Program-made: the position numbers and the translations under genes
Shown: positions 17,716-27,166 of the stretch, piece by piece
How positions within the stretch are numbered: the first letter of the stretch is position 1
Layout: every line of letters starts with the position of its first letter
Notes under the pieces: generated by a model
The model's input: only the letters and a program-made list of their open reading frames with translations
Told to the model about the DNA's origin: nothing
Database searches by the model: none
Assembly (NCBI GenBank): GCA_934546935.1
Contig: CAKTEH010000004.1
Coordinates: 15,756 to 79,755 of the forward strand
Reading direction: 5' to 3'
DNA: 64,000 bases
DNA from: an uncultured Eubacteriales bacterium
GTDB lineage: Bacteria; Bacillota; Clostridia; Oscillospirales; QAMX01

Positions 17716-19347
17716 TTACCAGTCTACCTGCTCCCCGGCACGCGGGTTAAGACGAACCCGGACGACGACGCCGGGACGGACAAAGACGCCGTTGTTGATT
17801 TCGTCGCCGCGCAGGGTAAACTCGCATACCCAATTGCCTGCGTTGTCGAAGTGCCCCTCTTCTACTGTGTAAACGCATAGTTCGGTCGCGGAGCGCGATT
17901 TGTATTTGGCATTGGGATTCAAATCATCAAATTTTGGGCGCATCAGGAAACGGACCTGGCAACCGGCGCCAGAAAAGTAGTATTCATATTCGCTTTCTTC
18001 AACGACTAGCATGCGCCCGCGTTCGTCGAGCAGTTTCTGGTTTTCTGGCGCGCGCATGCGGATCCGCAGCCCGGAACCGGAACTGCGGACAGTCTTATTG
18101 TCTTTGTGTCCTGGCATGGAAGTGAAATGCACGGTCAGATGCACCCTGCTGCGCACAATATGCGCATAGGCCTGCGCTTCTTCCTGCACAACGGCAAAAA
18201 GCTTGTCGCTGCCGCGGTAACGGATAATCTGCCGGGAAAGCATGGCAAGCGCCCGGTACGTGATGGCGGTCGGTTTGGCTGCTTCAAGCAAAGACCCGTC
18301 GTCGTTTATAACGCTTTCCGCGCCGAAGCCGGCAATCCCGATCGCGCCGTATTGTGCAACTGCACGGAATGCGTTCATGGCAGGGGCTTGCCCGAACAAA
18401 CCGGACTCGGGGATAAACAGAGCGTTGTAGGGCTTGCAGTGGCGTTCACAGGTACGCAGGTATCCGGAGGTAAATTGCTGATAAATATCCGGTGCAAACA
18501 AGTCTATGCTTGGTGCAGCGCGGTGCCAGATATCAAGCGTACGGCCGCAGGGCGTACCGGAGGAATAACTGAAACCGGCAATTTCCTGCCGGACTTCGCC
18601 GACCATGGTATTCATATAAAGCGGGATATCGTATTCTGCTTTTCCAGCCCGTGCAATGCGCTCAACCTGCCGGGCAAGGTAATAGGTGGTAAAGGCTTCG
18701 TGTGCATAGTAGCCGAAACGGGAATACCAATCGTTTCCCTCTCCGGGGGCTTCGCTGCCTTCCAATGTAAGGCCGTCCAAAAGCGCCGGTACGCCGCATT
18801 CAAAATCCCGCTGCGCCTGCCGGGAATAACAGCGGTCGGTATCGAACAGGCCAAGCCCGATTTCATTTTCTACCTGTACGGTTAAAATTGTGCCGGTATC
18901 TGCATCAAGGCGGCGGATTTCCCGCATTAGCCTGGCAAAACAGCGCGCGTCGGCTTCGTATACCGCATCGTCATGCGGCGACATATTTGCGCGCGTTGCC
19001 CCGTCCGGACCGACGGTCCATTTAAAACGCACAGGATCGGCCTTTACCCAGTCAGGCATATAGGTGTTTTCCGCATTTTTGGAAAAACCAAACCAGAGCG
19101 GGATCAGGTAAAGCCCTGCCTTTCGCACCCGAAGCAGCAGCTGTTCAAGCATGGAAAAATCATATCGGCCTTCTTCAGGTTCCATCTGATACCAGTACAG
19201 CGGCGTTTCCAATGTGTTTCCTCCGTAAAGCTTGACCGCCGCGATACTGCGGTCGATCATTTCCCAACAACCGTCGGAGGAATTATGGCTTTGCAGGCCG
19301 AGGACGAAGACGTTTTCGCCCGATTTATTTTTGAAAAAACCTGTCAA
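17716..19347 (-). CDS. Clan GH-A glycoside hydrolase, beta-galactosidase-like (GH35-like with DUF5597-type C-terminal domain)
   Basis: YWYQMEPEEGRYDF and VQVENEIG (acid/base NE motif) are typical of GH35/42-type TIM barrels. 543 aa. Confidence 0.7.
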   Translation of the reverse strand: MTGFFKNKSGENVFVLGLQSHNSSDGCWEMIDRSIAAVKLYGGNTLETPLYWYQMEPEEGRYDFSMLEQLLLRVRKAGLYLIPLWFGFSKNAENTYMPDWVKADPVRFKWTVGPDGATRANMSPHDDAVYEADARCFARLMREIRRLDADTGTILTVQVENEIGLGLFDTDRCYSRQAQRDFECGVPALLDGLTLEGSEAPGEGNDWYSRFGYYAHEAFTTYYLARQVERIARAGKAEYDIPLYMNTMVGEVRQEIAGFSYSSGTPCGRTLDIWHRAAPSIDLFAPDIYQQFTSGYLRTCERHCKPYNALFIPESGLFGQAPAMNAFRAVAQYGAIGIAGFGAESVINDDGSLLEAAKPTAITYRALAMLSRQIIRYRGSDKLFAVVQEEAQAYAHIVRSRVHLTVHFTSMPGHKDNKTVRSSGSGLRIRMRAPENQKLLDERGRMLVVEESEYEYYFSGAGCQVRFLMRPKFDDLNPNAKYKSRSATELCVYTVEEGHFDNAGNWVCEFTLRGDEINNGVFVRPGVVVRVRLNPRAGEQVDW

Positions 19348-19567
19348 AATACCCCCACCTTTCTGTGATTTTATGCATTAATTATACATGAAACGGTAAA
19401 AAATACAAGCGTCTTGCACAACAGCAGGTTATGCTTTTTCGACATAGGGATAAAAAACGCAGAAGAGTTGACATTGCCGTCTGGGCGCGATAGGATGTAA
19501 GAAAAAATTTTCTTCCGGCATGTGACCATGGCGGTTTTACATGCGTGTTATGGGTGAGGAGGTCAAA

Positions 19568-20065
19568 ATGGAAACGTCACAGTATAAAACGCCCGGTACA
19601 CAGGCTCTGTACGGCCGTTATGCCGGGATGCTGTATCGTCTTGCTTATGCCGTACTTCGTACGCAGCAGGATGCGGAGGACGCAGTTGCAGAAGTTTTTG
19701 TCAAGTGGATCACCAAGCATCCGGTTTTCCGGGATGCAGAACATGAACGCGCTTGGTTTGTGCGGGTATGTGTCAACCAGTGCCGGGATTTTCAGCGGCG
19801 CAGGAAGATCCGCGTATATACGCCGCTGGAACAGGTGAGCGAGGCCCTTGCAGATATACCGCCCGATACCGCCGGGGTCTTGGAGGACGTGCTTGCATTG
19901 CCGGAGAAGTACAAGATGGTTATTTTGTTCTATTATTTTGAGGACTTCTCCGTCGGGGAGATCGCAGCATCGCTTGGGACGAGCGTTTCTGCGGTAAAGA
20001 TGCGGCTTTCCCGTGCAAGACAGCTTCTAAGACGCAATATGGAAGGGAATTATGAAGATGTTTGA
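19568..20065 (+). CDS. ECF-type RNA polymerase sigma-70 family factor
   Basis: Region 2 (DAEDAVAEVFVKW, ERAWFVRVCVNQCRDFQRRR) and region 4 (FSVGEIAASLGTSVSAVKMRLSRARQLL). ATG 19568 follows GAGGAGG. Confidence 0.88.
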   Translation: METSQYKTPGTQALYGRYAGMLYRLAYAVLRTQQDAEDAVAEVFVKWITKHPVFRDAEHERAWFVRVCVNQCRDFQRRRKIRVYTPLEQVSEALADIPPDTAGVLEDVLALPEKYKMVILFYYFEDFSVGEIAASLGTSVSAVKMRLSRARQLLRRNMEGNYEDV

Positions 20066-20651
20066 TAAGAAAACGGTTGATGCCTACAAAATGATCCAGC
20101 CATCGCCGCAGCTTGCGCAGCGTATTGCGGATCTGGAAGCTTCCGGCGCTTTGGAAAAGCAGAAACCCTTGAAGTTTCCGGCACTGTACCGCTGCGCCGG
20201 GATTGCGGCGGCATGTATTGTGCTTGTGCTGGCCTTGACTTTGCCTGCTGCACGCACACCTGCGCGGACTGCGCTGTATGCTGAAGGCCAGGCCGTTACT
20301 GCTGGGTATGGCGTACCCGTGCTGCAGCCGAACGCGCAGATTCGGGCTTTTGCGCTTGCATCGCAGGACGATACGCTTACAATTCCCCTGACGCTTGCGG
20401 CTGTGTCCAATACCACATTGTCGGTCAGCGCAGGGACGCTTTTGTGCTGCGATGCGCAAAGCGGGGAAGCGCTCGATCCGGCTCAGACGCCAGAAGGGGA
20501 AATACAGCTATACTGGACAGTTCCCATGCCGGATACGCAGGCGGAAGCCCGCCTGTATGCCGAAGCACAGGAGGAAACGCTGTGCTATCTTCTCTATTTT
20601 GACGCATCTGAAAATCAATGGATGATTTGTCAGGAAAATGAAAAGGAGTAA
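20052..20651 (+). CDS. Putative single-pass anti-sigma factor / membrane protein
   Basis: Overlaps the sigma gene stop by 14 nt. It has one TM segment (CAGIAAACIVLVLALTLPAA) and no recognisable catalytic motif. The role is inferred from position. Confidence 0.45.
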   Translation: MKMFDKKTVDAYKMIQPSPQLAQRIADLEASGALEKQKPLKFPALYRCAGIAAACIVLVLALTLPAARTPARTALYAEGQAVTAGYGVPVLQPNAQIRAFALASQDDTLTIPLTLAAVSNTTLSVSAGTLLCCDAQSGEALDPAQTPEGEIQLYWTVPMPDTQAEARLYAEAQEETLCYLLYFDASENQWMICQENEKE

Positions 20652-20655
20652 AATT

Positions 20656-21333
20656 ATGAAAAAAATTCTTGCCCTGTTTTTATGTATGACGCTGGTGCTT
20701 GCGCTTTTCAGTGCTTGTGCCCCGGATGATTCTGCTGGCCCGGACAATGGCGGTCAGGTTACGGACGGCAACAATGCCGGTGAGGATGCCGGTACCCCGG
20801 ATAATGGGGACGGCAATACTGGTGAGGATATCGATGCGCCCGATGATGAAAATGCCGGTAATCATGGCGAAGATGGAAGCGGAAGCGGTGATGCCGCAGT
20901 TCTCGACGGAGCGCTTTCGGAAATCATCGATAAGATTTATGAGAACAAGCCTTTTGATCTGAATCTGGCAACCCGGGATCTGGATATCAGCAATGCAGAT
21001 GAGCTGAAGTATAATACAGGCCTTGACGACGGCAACCTGATCAGTGCCGCTGCTGTTTCTGAACCTATGATGGGTTCTCAGGCTTATTCGATGGTGTTGG
21101 TACGCGCTAAGGATGCGAAGGACGCACAGAGCATTGCCGAGTCGATGAAAAGCGGCATTGATACAAGAAAATGGATTTGTGTAGAGGCGGATGACCTTCG
21201 TGTTGTTGCATACGATGATCTTATTCTTCTTGTGATGATTGATAGTCAGTACGCCGATCAGGCAACAGCTGACGCCTTCGTCGAAGCTTTCGGAACGGTT
21301 TGCGGCGGGGAATTTGACGTGGATCTTCAATAA
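20656..21333 (+). CDS. DUF4358-like lipoprotein
   Basis: Lipobox LALFSAC, acidic low-complexity linker, and a C-terminal domain (...SQAYSMVLVRAKDAKDAQSIAESMKSGIDTRKWICVEAD...) typical of DUF4358. Confidence 0.6.
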   Translation: MKKILALFLCMTLVLALFSACAPDDSAGPDNGGQVTDGNNAGEDAGTPDNGDGNTGEDIDAPDDENAGNHGEDGSGSGDAAVLDGALSEIIDKIYENKPFDLNLATRDLDISNADELKYNTGLDDGNLISAAAVSEPMMGSQAYSMVLVRAKDAKDAQSIAESMKSGIDTRKWICVEADDLRVVAYDDLILLVMIDSQYADQATADAFVEAFGTVCGGEFDVDLQ

Positions 21334-21521
21334 GGGGACGGGCCGGCTGGCAGCCGGCCCAGGATACGGTTCGTCCAGCAGAGAAAACTGTTGGACGAAC
21401 CCTTCTATGTGGTCTGCCGGGTTGGAAACTTTATTTCGTAGTGGCCGGCCATACAGTTGAAATATTCCGGAGAATACAGGACACATAGCCAAATCGGCGT
21501 GTTGTTTGATGAGGAGTCGCT

Positions 21522-22925
21522 ATGCTGTTTTCCAGCATTCCATTTTTATATTATTTTCTGCCGGCGGTAATCTTGGTGTATTTTCTGGCGCCGCGGCAGC
21601 TGAAAAACGGGGTTTTGCTTGTCGCCAGTCTGTTTTTTTATGCTTGGGGTGAGCCGCGCTGCCTGTTTTTAATGCTTGCAACGATTGCGGTTGGGTATGT
21701 CTGCGGGCTTGCAATTGCGCGCGCGCAGCGTAGCGTTTGGAAAAAGACCTGGCTTTACCTGTCATGCGCCGTTTTTCTTGGCTTTTTGGGGTATTTCAAA
21801 TATGCAGGCTTTTTTGTAGAAAATTTTGCAGCGCTGACCGGGCTTCCGGTTCCTGCGCTGAAAATTGCGCTGCCTGTCGGCATCAGCTTTTACACCTTCC
21901 AGATATTAAGTTATACGATAGATGTTTATCGCGCGCAAGTTCCGGCACAACGCAATTTTATTGATTTTGCCTGCTATGTTTCGCTGTTTCCTCAGCTGAT
22001 CGCCGGGCCGATTGTACGTTACAGCGATATTAATTCGCAGCTTGCCATGCGCCGGCACAGCGTATCCGCTGTGGCGGAGGGTATACAGCGTTTTCTGCTG
22101 GGTCTGTCCAAAAAGGTGTTGCTGGCGAACCTTTTGGGAGAGTTTTGTGATGCGTTCCGCGCCTGTGATGAGAAAACAGTTTTGTTTTACTGGCTGTATG
22201 CGTTGGCTTATACGCTGCATATCTATTTTGATTTTTCCGGATACAGCGATATGGCAGTCGGCCTGGGAAAAATTTTTGGATTTTCCTTTCCGAAAAACTT
22301 TGATTATCCCTATATATCCCGGAGTATTACGGAATTCTGGCGGCGCTGGCACATCACGCTCGGCGCATGGTTCCGCGATTATGTTTATATTCCGATGGGA
22401 GGCAACCGGGTGCCGCGCGCGCGATGGCTGTTGAATATTCTGACAGTCTGGATGCTGACTGGCTTCTGGCATGGCGCCAATTGGAATTTCATCCTTTGGG
22501 GGCTCCTTTATGCGGTGCTGCTTTCAGCGGAAAAGCTTTTCCTGAAAAAATGGCTGGATAAGGCGCCGCGTATCCTTTCGCATCTTTATACGATGTTTTT
22601 TGTTGCCCTCGGCTTTGTCCTTTTTGCCGGGGACAGCCTTGCACAGGCAGGCGCCGATTTCGCCGGGATTTTTGGTATGCAGGATATCCCATTTTCCGGT
22701 GCGCAGACGCTGTATTTCCTGCGCAGCTATGCGGTTGTGTTTGTGCTTGGCCTGATCGGGGCGACGCCGCTTCCGGCCCTACTGTACAGGAAGCTGGAGT
22801 CAACCCGTGCCGGTGATGTGTTTCTTTCCCTGCTGAACCCTTTTGTCCTGCTTGCCCTGCTGTTGTTGTGTACTGCCTACCTTGTGGATGGATCGTTTAA
22901 TCCATTCCTGTATTTCCGCTTTTAG
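21522..22925 (+). CDS. MBOAT-family membrane O-acyltransferase (AlgI/DltB/PatA-like)
   Basis: MLFSSIPFLYYFLP..., FDFSGYSDMAVGLGKIFGF and RSITEFWRRWHITLGAWFRDYVYIPMGGNR (catalytic His context) are classic MBOAT motifs. Confidence 0.9.
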   Translation: MLFSSIPFLYYFLPAVILVYFLAPRQLKNGVLLVASLFFYAWGEPRCLFLMLATIAVGYVCGLAIARAQRSVWKKTWLYLSCAVFLGFLGYFKYAGFFVENFAALTGLPVPALKIALPVGISFYTFQILSYTIDVYRAQVPAQRNFIDFACYVSLFPQLIAGPIVRYSDINSQLAMRRHSVSAVAEGIQRFLLGLSKKVLLANLLGEFCDAFRACDEKTVLFYWLYALAYTLHIYFDFSGYSDMAVGLGKIFGFSFPKNFDYPYISRSITEFWRRWHITLGAWFRDYVYIPMGGNRVPRARWLLNILTVWMLTGFWHGANWNFILWGLLYAVLLSAEKLFLKKWLDKAPRILSHLYTMFFVALGFVLFAGDSLAQAGADFAGIFGMQDIPFSGAQTLYFLRSYAVVFVLGLIGATPLPALLYRKLESTRAGDVFLSLLNPFVLLALLLLCTAYLVDGSFNPFLYFRF

Positions 22926-22941
22926 GAGGGGGAAGTTAAGA

Positions 22942-24045
22942 ATGAAAAAAACAGGAAATATTGCAACGGTCGGGATTGTTGTGGTTGTGTGGTTGGTTTT
23001 GGCGATTGCCTGTCTATGTAAACCGGCGCAGGCGTTTTCTCTCAGCGAACGCCGCCGCCTTGCGCAGTTCCCGGAGCTGGATATACAGGGCGTATTATCG
23101 GGGAAGTTTATGACGGATTTTGAAAGCTATACCCTGGATCAGTTCCCGCTGCGGGAGGGCTTTCGCCGTTTAAAGGCATTTTCTACGTACTCGCTGTATG
23201 CACAGAAGGACAATAATGATATTTACCTGGTAGACGGTTATGCATCGAAACTGGAGTATCCGTTGAAGGAAAGCTCTGTACTGGCCGCAGTGGAGAAGTT
23301 TCGGACGTTATACGAGAGCAATATGGCCGGAAAAGCGTCGAATGTATATTACAGCGTGATACCGGACAAAAACTATTTCCTCGCCGAAAAAAATGGATAT
23401 CCCTCGATGGATTATGCCCGGCTATATGCGCTCATGACGCAAAATATGGATTTTGCCGAGGAAATTGATCTGCGCAGTACGCTGGAGCTGGAGGATTATT
23501 ATCAAACGGATACGCATTGGAGGCAGGAAAAGCTTGTGGATACTGCCCAGGTGCTTGCAAAGGCACTGGGCATTGAAACGGAACTTTCCTGGGATTTTGA
23601 GGAGAAGCAGCTGGATACGCCCTTTTATGGCGTCTATTACGGCCAGGCTGCGCTCCCGCTTCCCAGCGAGCGGATTTCCTATTTGACCAATGCTGTGCTG
23701 GAAGCATGCACAGTGTATAATCTGGAGACGGATTCGACAGGCGGTGTCTATGACTTTGCGAAGCTTGATGGAAGCGACCCTTACGAGTTTTTCCTGTCCG
23801 GAGCATCGGCGCTGCTGTATATCGAAAATCCCAATGCACAGACGCAGCGGGAGCTTGTCGTTTTTCGCGATTCTTTTGCCAGCAGCCTGATTCCACTGCT
23901 TTGCGAAGGGTATGCGAAGATTACACTGGTGGACACACGCTATATCGCCGGCGGGCTTGTGGGGGAGTATGTTGACTTTGAAAACGCCGATGTGCTGTTT
24001 TTGTACTCCAGTTTGGTTTTGAACACGAGCAGTATGTTGAAATAA
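22942..24045 (+). CDS. DHHW-family protein (AlgJ/AlgX/PatB-like SGNH partner of MBOAT)
   Basis: N-terminal TM anchor and a DTHW variant of the DHHW motif (YYQTDTHWRQEK). It lies immediately downstream of the MBOAT gene. ATG 22942 follows GGAGGGGGAAG. Confidence 0.7.
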   Translation: MKKTGNIATVGIVVVVWLVLAIACLCKPAQAFSLSERRRLAQFPELDIQGVLSGKFMTDFESYTLDQFPLREGFRRLKAFSTYSLYAQKDNNDIYLVDGYASKLEYPLKESSVLAAVEKFRTLYESNMAGKASNVYYSVIPDKNYFLAEKNGYPSMDYARLYALMTQNMDFAEEIDLRSTLELEDYYQTDTHWRQEKLVDTAQVLAKALGIETELSWDFEEKQLDTPFYGVYYGQAALPLPSERISYLTNAVLEACTVYNLETDSTGGVYDFAKLDGSDPYEFFLSGASALLYIENPNAQTQRELVVFRDSFASSLIPLLCEGYAKITLVDTRYIAGGLVGEYVDFENADVLFLYSSLVLNTSSMLK

Positions 24046-24189
24046 GCGGGTGCAGGCCGAAAGAAGGCCGGATTGGTTTTCCCCGGCCTGCGTTATATCC
24101 GGCAGGAAGTTTCCTGCCGGTTTTTCTTTCGTATGTGCAAAGGAAAATCTATGGCGTTGCCGCAAGGTGAAAAAAATTGTAAATTCCCC

Positions 24190-24243
24190 TTGACAAATTT
24201 GGTTGGTAGTTATAGACTAAATATGGTCTATAACTACCAACCA
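24190..24243 (+). promoter_or_regulatory. Promoter with perfect 18-bp inverted-repeat operator upstream of blaI-like gene
   Basis: TTGACA (24190-24195). TGGTTGGTAGTTATAGAC (24200-24217) and GTCTATAACTACCAACCA (24226-24243) are exact reverse complements separated by 8 nt, spanning the expected -10 region. Confidence 0.7.
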
Positions 24244-24271
24244 TTTATTTCCTGCAACGGGGGGAGGCAAT

Positions 24272-24634
24272 ATGGAAACTTTAAAGCTTTGTGAAAGCGA
24301 TTACCGATTTATGTGTGTAATTTGGGATAACGAACCGCTTTCTTCGCGGCAGCTTGTCGGGCTGTGTGCGCAGAAGCTGGGGTGGAAAAAATCAACGACC
24401 TATACTACGCTGAAGAAATTATGTGAAAAAGGTTTTGCGCAAAATAAGGAAACTGTAGTTTCCTCATGCGTTGCGCGTCAGCAAGTTTGTGCGTATGAAA
24501 GCGAACGCTTTGTTGAGCGAACCTTTGGCGGTTCGCTTCCGGGATTTCTGGCAGCTTTTCTTGGAGGAAAAACCTTATCCGAACAGGAGGCGGCAGAGCT
24601 GAAACGTCTGATCGACGAGCATAAGGAGGTATAA
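24272..24634 (+). CDS. BlaI/MecI/CopY-family transcriptional repressor
   Basis: 120 aa winged-helix protein (ESDYRFMCVIWDNEPLSSRQLV..., KSTTYTTLKKLCEKGF). It is followed directly by an M56 peptidase gene. Confidence 0.85.
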   Translation: METLKLCESDYRFMCVIWDNEPLSSRQLVGLCAQKLGWKKSTTYTTLKKLCEKGFAQNKETVVSSCVARQQVCAYESERFVERTFGGSLPGFLAAFLGGKTLSEQEAAELKRLIDEHKEV

Positions 24635-26950
24635 ATGGAAGCGGTTTTTCTGGAGACCCTGAATATGAGCCTGACGGCAGGTTATGTAATTGCCACTGTA
24701 CTGTTCGTGCGTCTGCTTTTGAAGCGTGCACCGAAGAAATATGCTTATGCTTTGTGGAGCGTAGTTGGTTTTCGTTTATGCTGCCCGGTGTCTTTTCAGT
24801 CAGCATTCAGCCTTTTCAGGCTAAACCCCTTTGACATGACAGCGGCACAGCTGGCGTCGGGCGGCGCGGCGCTGACCTATGTACTCGAAGATATCGGCAT
24901 GATGGCGCAGCCCCAGGTTACGTTTGGAATCCCCGCGGCCAATGCGGCAATTGCCGGTTCCCTGCCTGCGGCGACGCCGGCCTACAGTGTCAACCCCATG
25001 CAGGTTGCGGTGGCTGCCGGAGCGTTTGTGTGGTGTGTAGGGGCAGCCGTACTTGCCCTTTACAGTGTTGTCATGTTTATACGCTTGCACCTGCGTCTTC
25101 GTACTGCAATACGCATGGAAAAGAATATATATCAGTCCGAGTATGTCTGTTCACCTTTTGTACTGGGTTTTTTCCGTCCCCGGATTTATCTGCCTTTTGC
25201 GCTTGATGAGGATGCGCGCAGTTACGTTCTGGCGCACGAACGTTACCATATCCGCCATCTTGACCATCTTGTCAAGCTTTTTGCGTTTGCGCTGCTGTGC
25301 CTGCATTGGTTTAATCCGCTTTGCTGGCTGGCATTTGTGCTGATGAGCCGGGATATGGAGATGCGCTGCGATGAATGGGTGCTCGGCGGGCAGGCGGATA
25401 TGCGCCGCGCGTATACGACGACGCTGCTCTCTTTTGCGGCAAACCGGCGCTTTCCGGCGCCGGGGCCACTTGCTTTTGGGGAGTCCGGCGTTCGGGCGAG
25501 GATCAGCAATGCTCTGCGCTGGAAAAGACCGAAGCTGTGGCTCACCGTTATTGCTACGGTACTGTGTATCGCCGCCGTCGCCGCCTGTGCGGCGAATCCG
25601 CAGACGGAACCTGGTGTTCTTCAGCCCTTTGGCAGTACATACCGGGTGGAAGAAATTGTCTACTCCGCTCCGTATTATTCCTTTTCCTATACTTGCGCTA
25701 CCGCACCGGTATATTGTCTTAGTGTGGATGGCGTTCTGTTATCCGCGCCCGCTTCAGACAATCCGCAGGTATTTGCAGAATGGGAATTTTTGGGCAGCAT
25801 GGAGGAAATTGCGCTGTCAAAAGAAAACTTTGACCGGTATTTCCGAGACACGGCTGGGGAGGTTTCGGGATGGCGGGAAGGAAGCAGCGCGGCCGCGTCT
25901 GTGCGCAGGGAGAACCAGACAGCCTGGAGACTGCTGCGGGAGACGGATAACTTTACAGAGCTTTATTATGTTTTGCAGCAGGATAGCGGCGCGGTTTATC
26001 TGGCTTATGGGTATTATGATCTGGAAGGGGAGACGGATCCGGAATCTGATGATTCCCGGTTTCGTTGGCTGTTTGCACTGACACCGGAGTCTTCTGATTC
26101 GGCATCCGTCAGCAGGACCGGCGGCGCCGATGCGCCAGAAAACGGATCATTTTCACCAACCGGCGGTGCGGACATGCCCGCCGCGGAAGTTTATGTTTCT
26201 TCTCAATGCTTGTATATGACCCCCTTGTCATCCCAATTTTCCGGGCCGGATTCCGGCTGCCGTTATTTCCTTGATGAGAAGGTTTTTCAAATTGAAAACC
26301 GGGGTTCCGGCATAATAGAGCGCTTTTCCCTTCCGGAGGATGGCTGGACAGAGTTCCCCTATACGCAGAAGGCTTGGGATGAGATGTTTTTGCTCTGGAA
26401 GGCGCCGCAGCTTGAACAATATAAAGAACGGATGTATATGGCGCTGGGAAACGGCTATGCGCTTATGAAAATGGATAGGCAGCTTTGGCTCCTGCGGAGA
26501 TGGGATACGGCGGAAACCACGTTGGTTTGGAGTTTGTATACATTGACGCCGGAGGACGGTATGGGCGTCGCCAGCTGGGCTTATCAGCCGCTGCTGAGCA
26601 GCAGATTTCCGGCGTTCGCTTTCCGTTTCGTGTTGCCGGAAGATGCGGAAATATCCCTGGTGTGTGTGGACGGAGCGCTTCTGGATGCACAGAAGGCCGT
26701 GTCAGAAAGCGGCGTGCTTTCCATACCGGGCGGGCAATTTTTTTATTGGAGCCCGGGTTCTCCGGATTCGCTTGCATCCAATGCGCAGCTCCATTGTGTC
26801 ATACATATGGGGGAAGAATCCTACAGCGGTACAATTTATATTGAAAGCGGGGACTGCAATACGCAGGAAGGCGTTGTGCTGTATACGGCCCGTCCGGTTG
26901 GCGATTTCACAATCCGGCAGCAGGAAGACGCTGCAGAACTTTCTGTGTAG
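24635..26950 (+). CDS. BlaR1/MecR1-like M56 metalloprotease signal transducer with uncharacterised ~450-aa C-terminal domain
   Basis: N-terminal TM helices and an HExxH site (LAHERYHIRHLDH). The C-terminal region shows no SxxK penicillin-binding motif by eye. Confidence 0.8.
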   Translation: MEAVFLETLNMSLTAGYVIATVLFVRLLLKRAPKKYAYALWSVVGFRLCCPVSFQSAFSLFRLNPFDMTAAQLASGGAALTYVLEDIGMMAQPQVTFGIPAANAAIAGSLPAATPAYSVNPMQVAVAAGAFVWCVGAAVLALYSVVMFIRLHLRLRTAIRMEKNIYQSEYVCSPFVLGFFRPRIYLPFALDEDARSYVLAHERYHIRHLDHLVKLFAFALLCLHWFNPLCWLAFVLMSRDMEMRCDEWVLGGQADMRRAYTTTLLSFAANRRFPAPGPLAFGESGVRARISNALRWKRPKLWLTVIATVLCIAAVAACAANPQTEPGVLQPFGSTYRVEEIVYSAPYYSFSYTCATAPVYCLSVDGVLLSAPASDNPQVFAEWEFLGSMEEIALSKENFDRYFRDTAGEVSGWREGSSAAASVRRENQTAWRLLRETDNFTELYYVLQQDSGAVYLAYGYYDLEGETDPESDDSRFRWLFALTPESSDSASVSRTGGADAPENGSFSPTGGADMPAAEVYVSSQCLYMTPLSSQFSGPDSGCRYFLDEKVFQIENRGSGIIERFSLPEDGWTEFPYTQKAWDEMFLLWKAPQLEQYKERMYMALGNGYALMKMDRQLWLLRRWDTAETTLVWSLYTLTPEDGMGVASWAYQPLLSSRFPAFAFRFVLPEDAEISLVCVDGALLDAQKAVSESGVLSIPGGQFFYWSPGSPDSLASNAQLHCVIHMGEESYSGTIYIESGDCNTQEGVVLYTARPVGDFTIRQQEDAAELSV

Positions 26951-27166
26951 ATGGGGCTGCTTGACAAAATACTTTGCCGGAATTAGAATAATAGAATAAA
27001 GAGAGCCGCATTTTTTCAAAATGCGGCTCTCCTAAAGTGTCTTGAGTATTGCAACTGCCGGTTGACGAATTGCAAAGCGGCGGTTTATGGCATGCAACTG
27101 CATACCGCCGTATACTTGCAGGTAGAAAAGCGCGCTGGGCGCGCTGGAAAACGAGGTGAAATCTGA

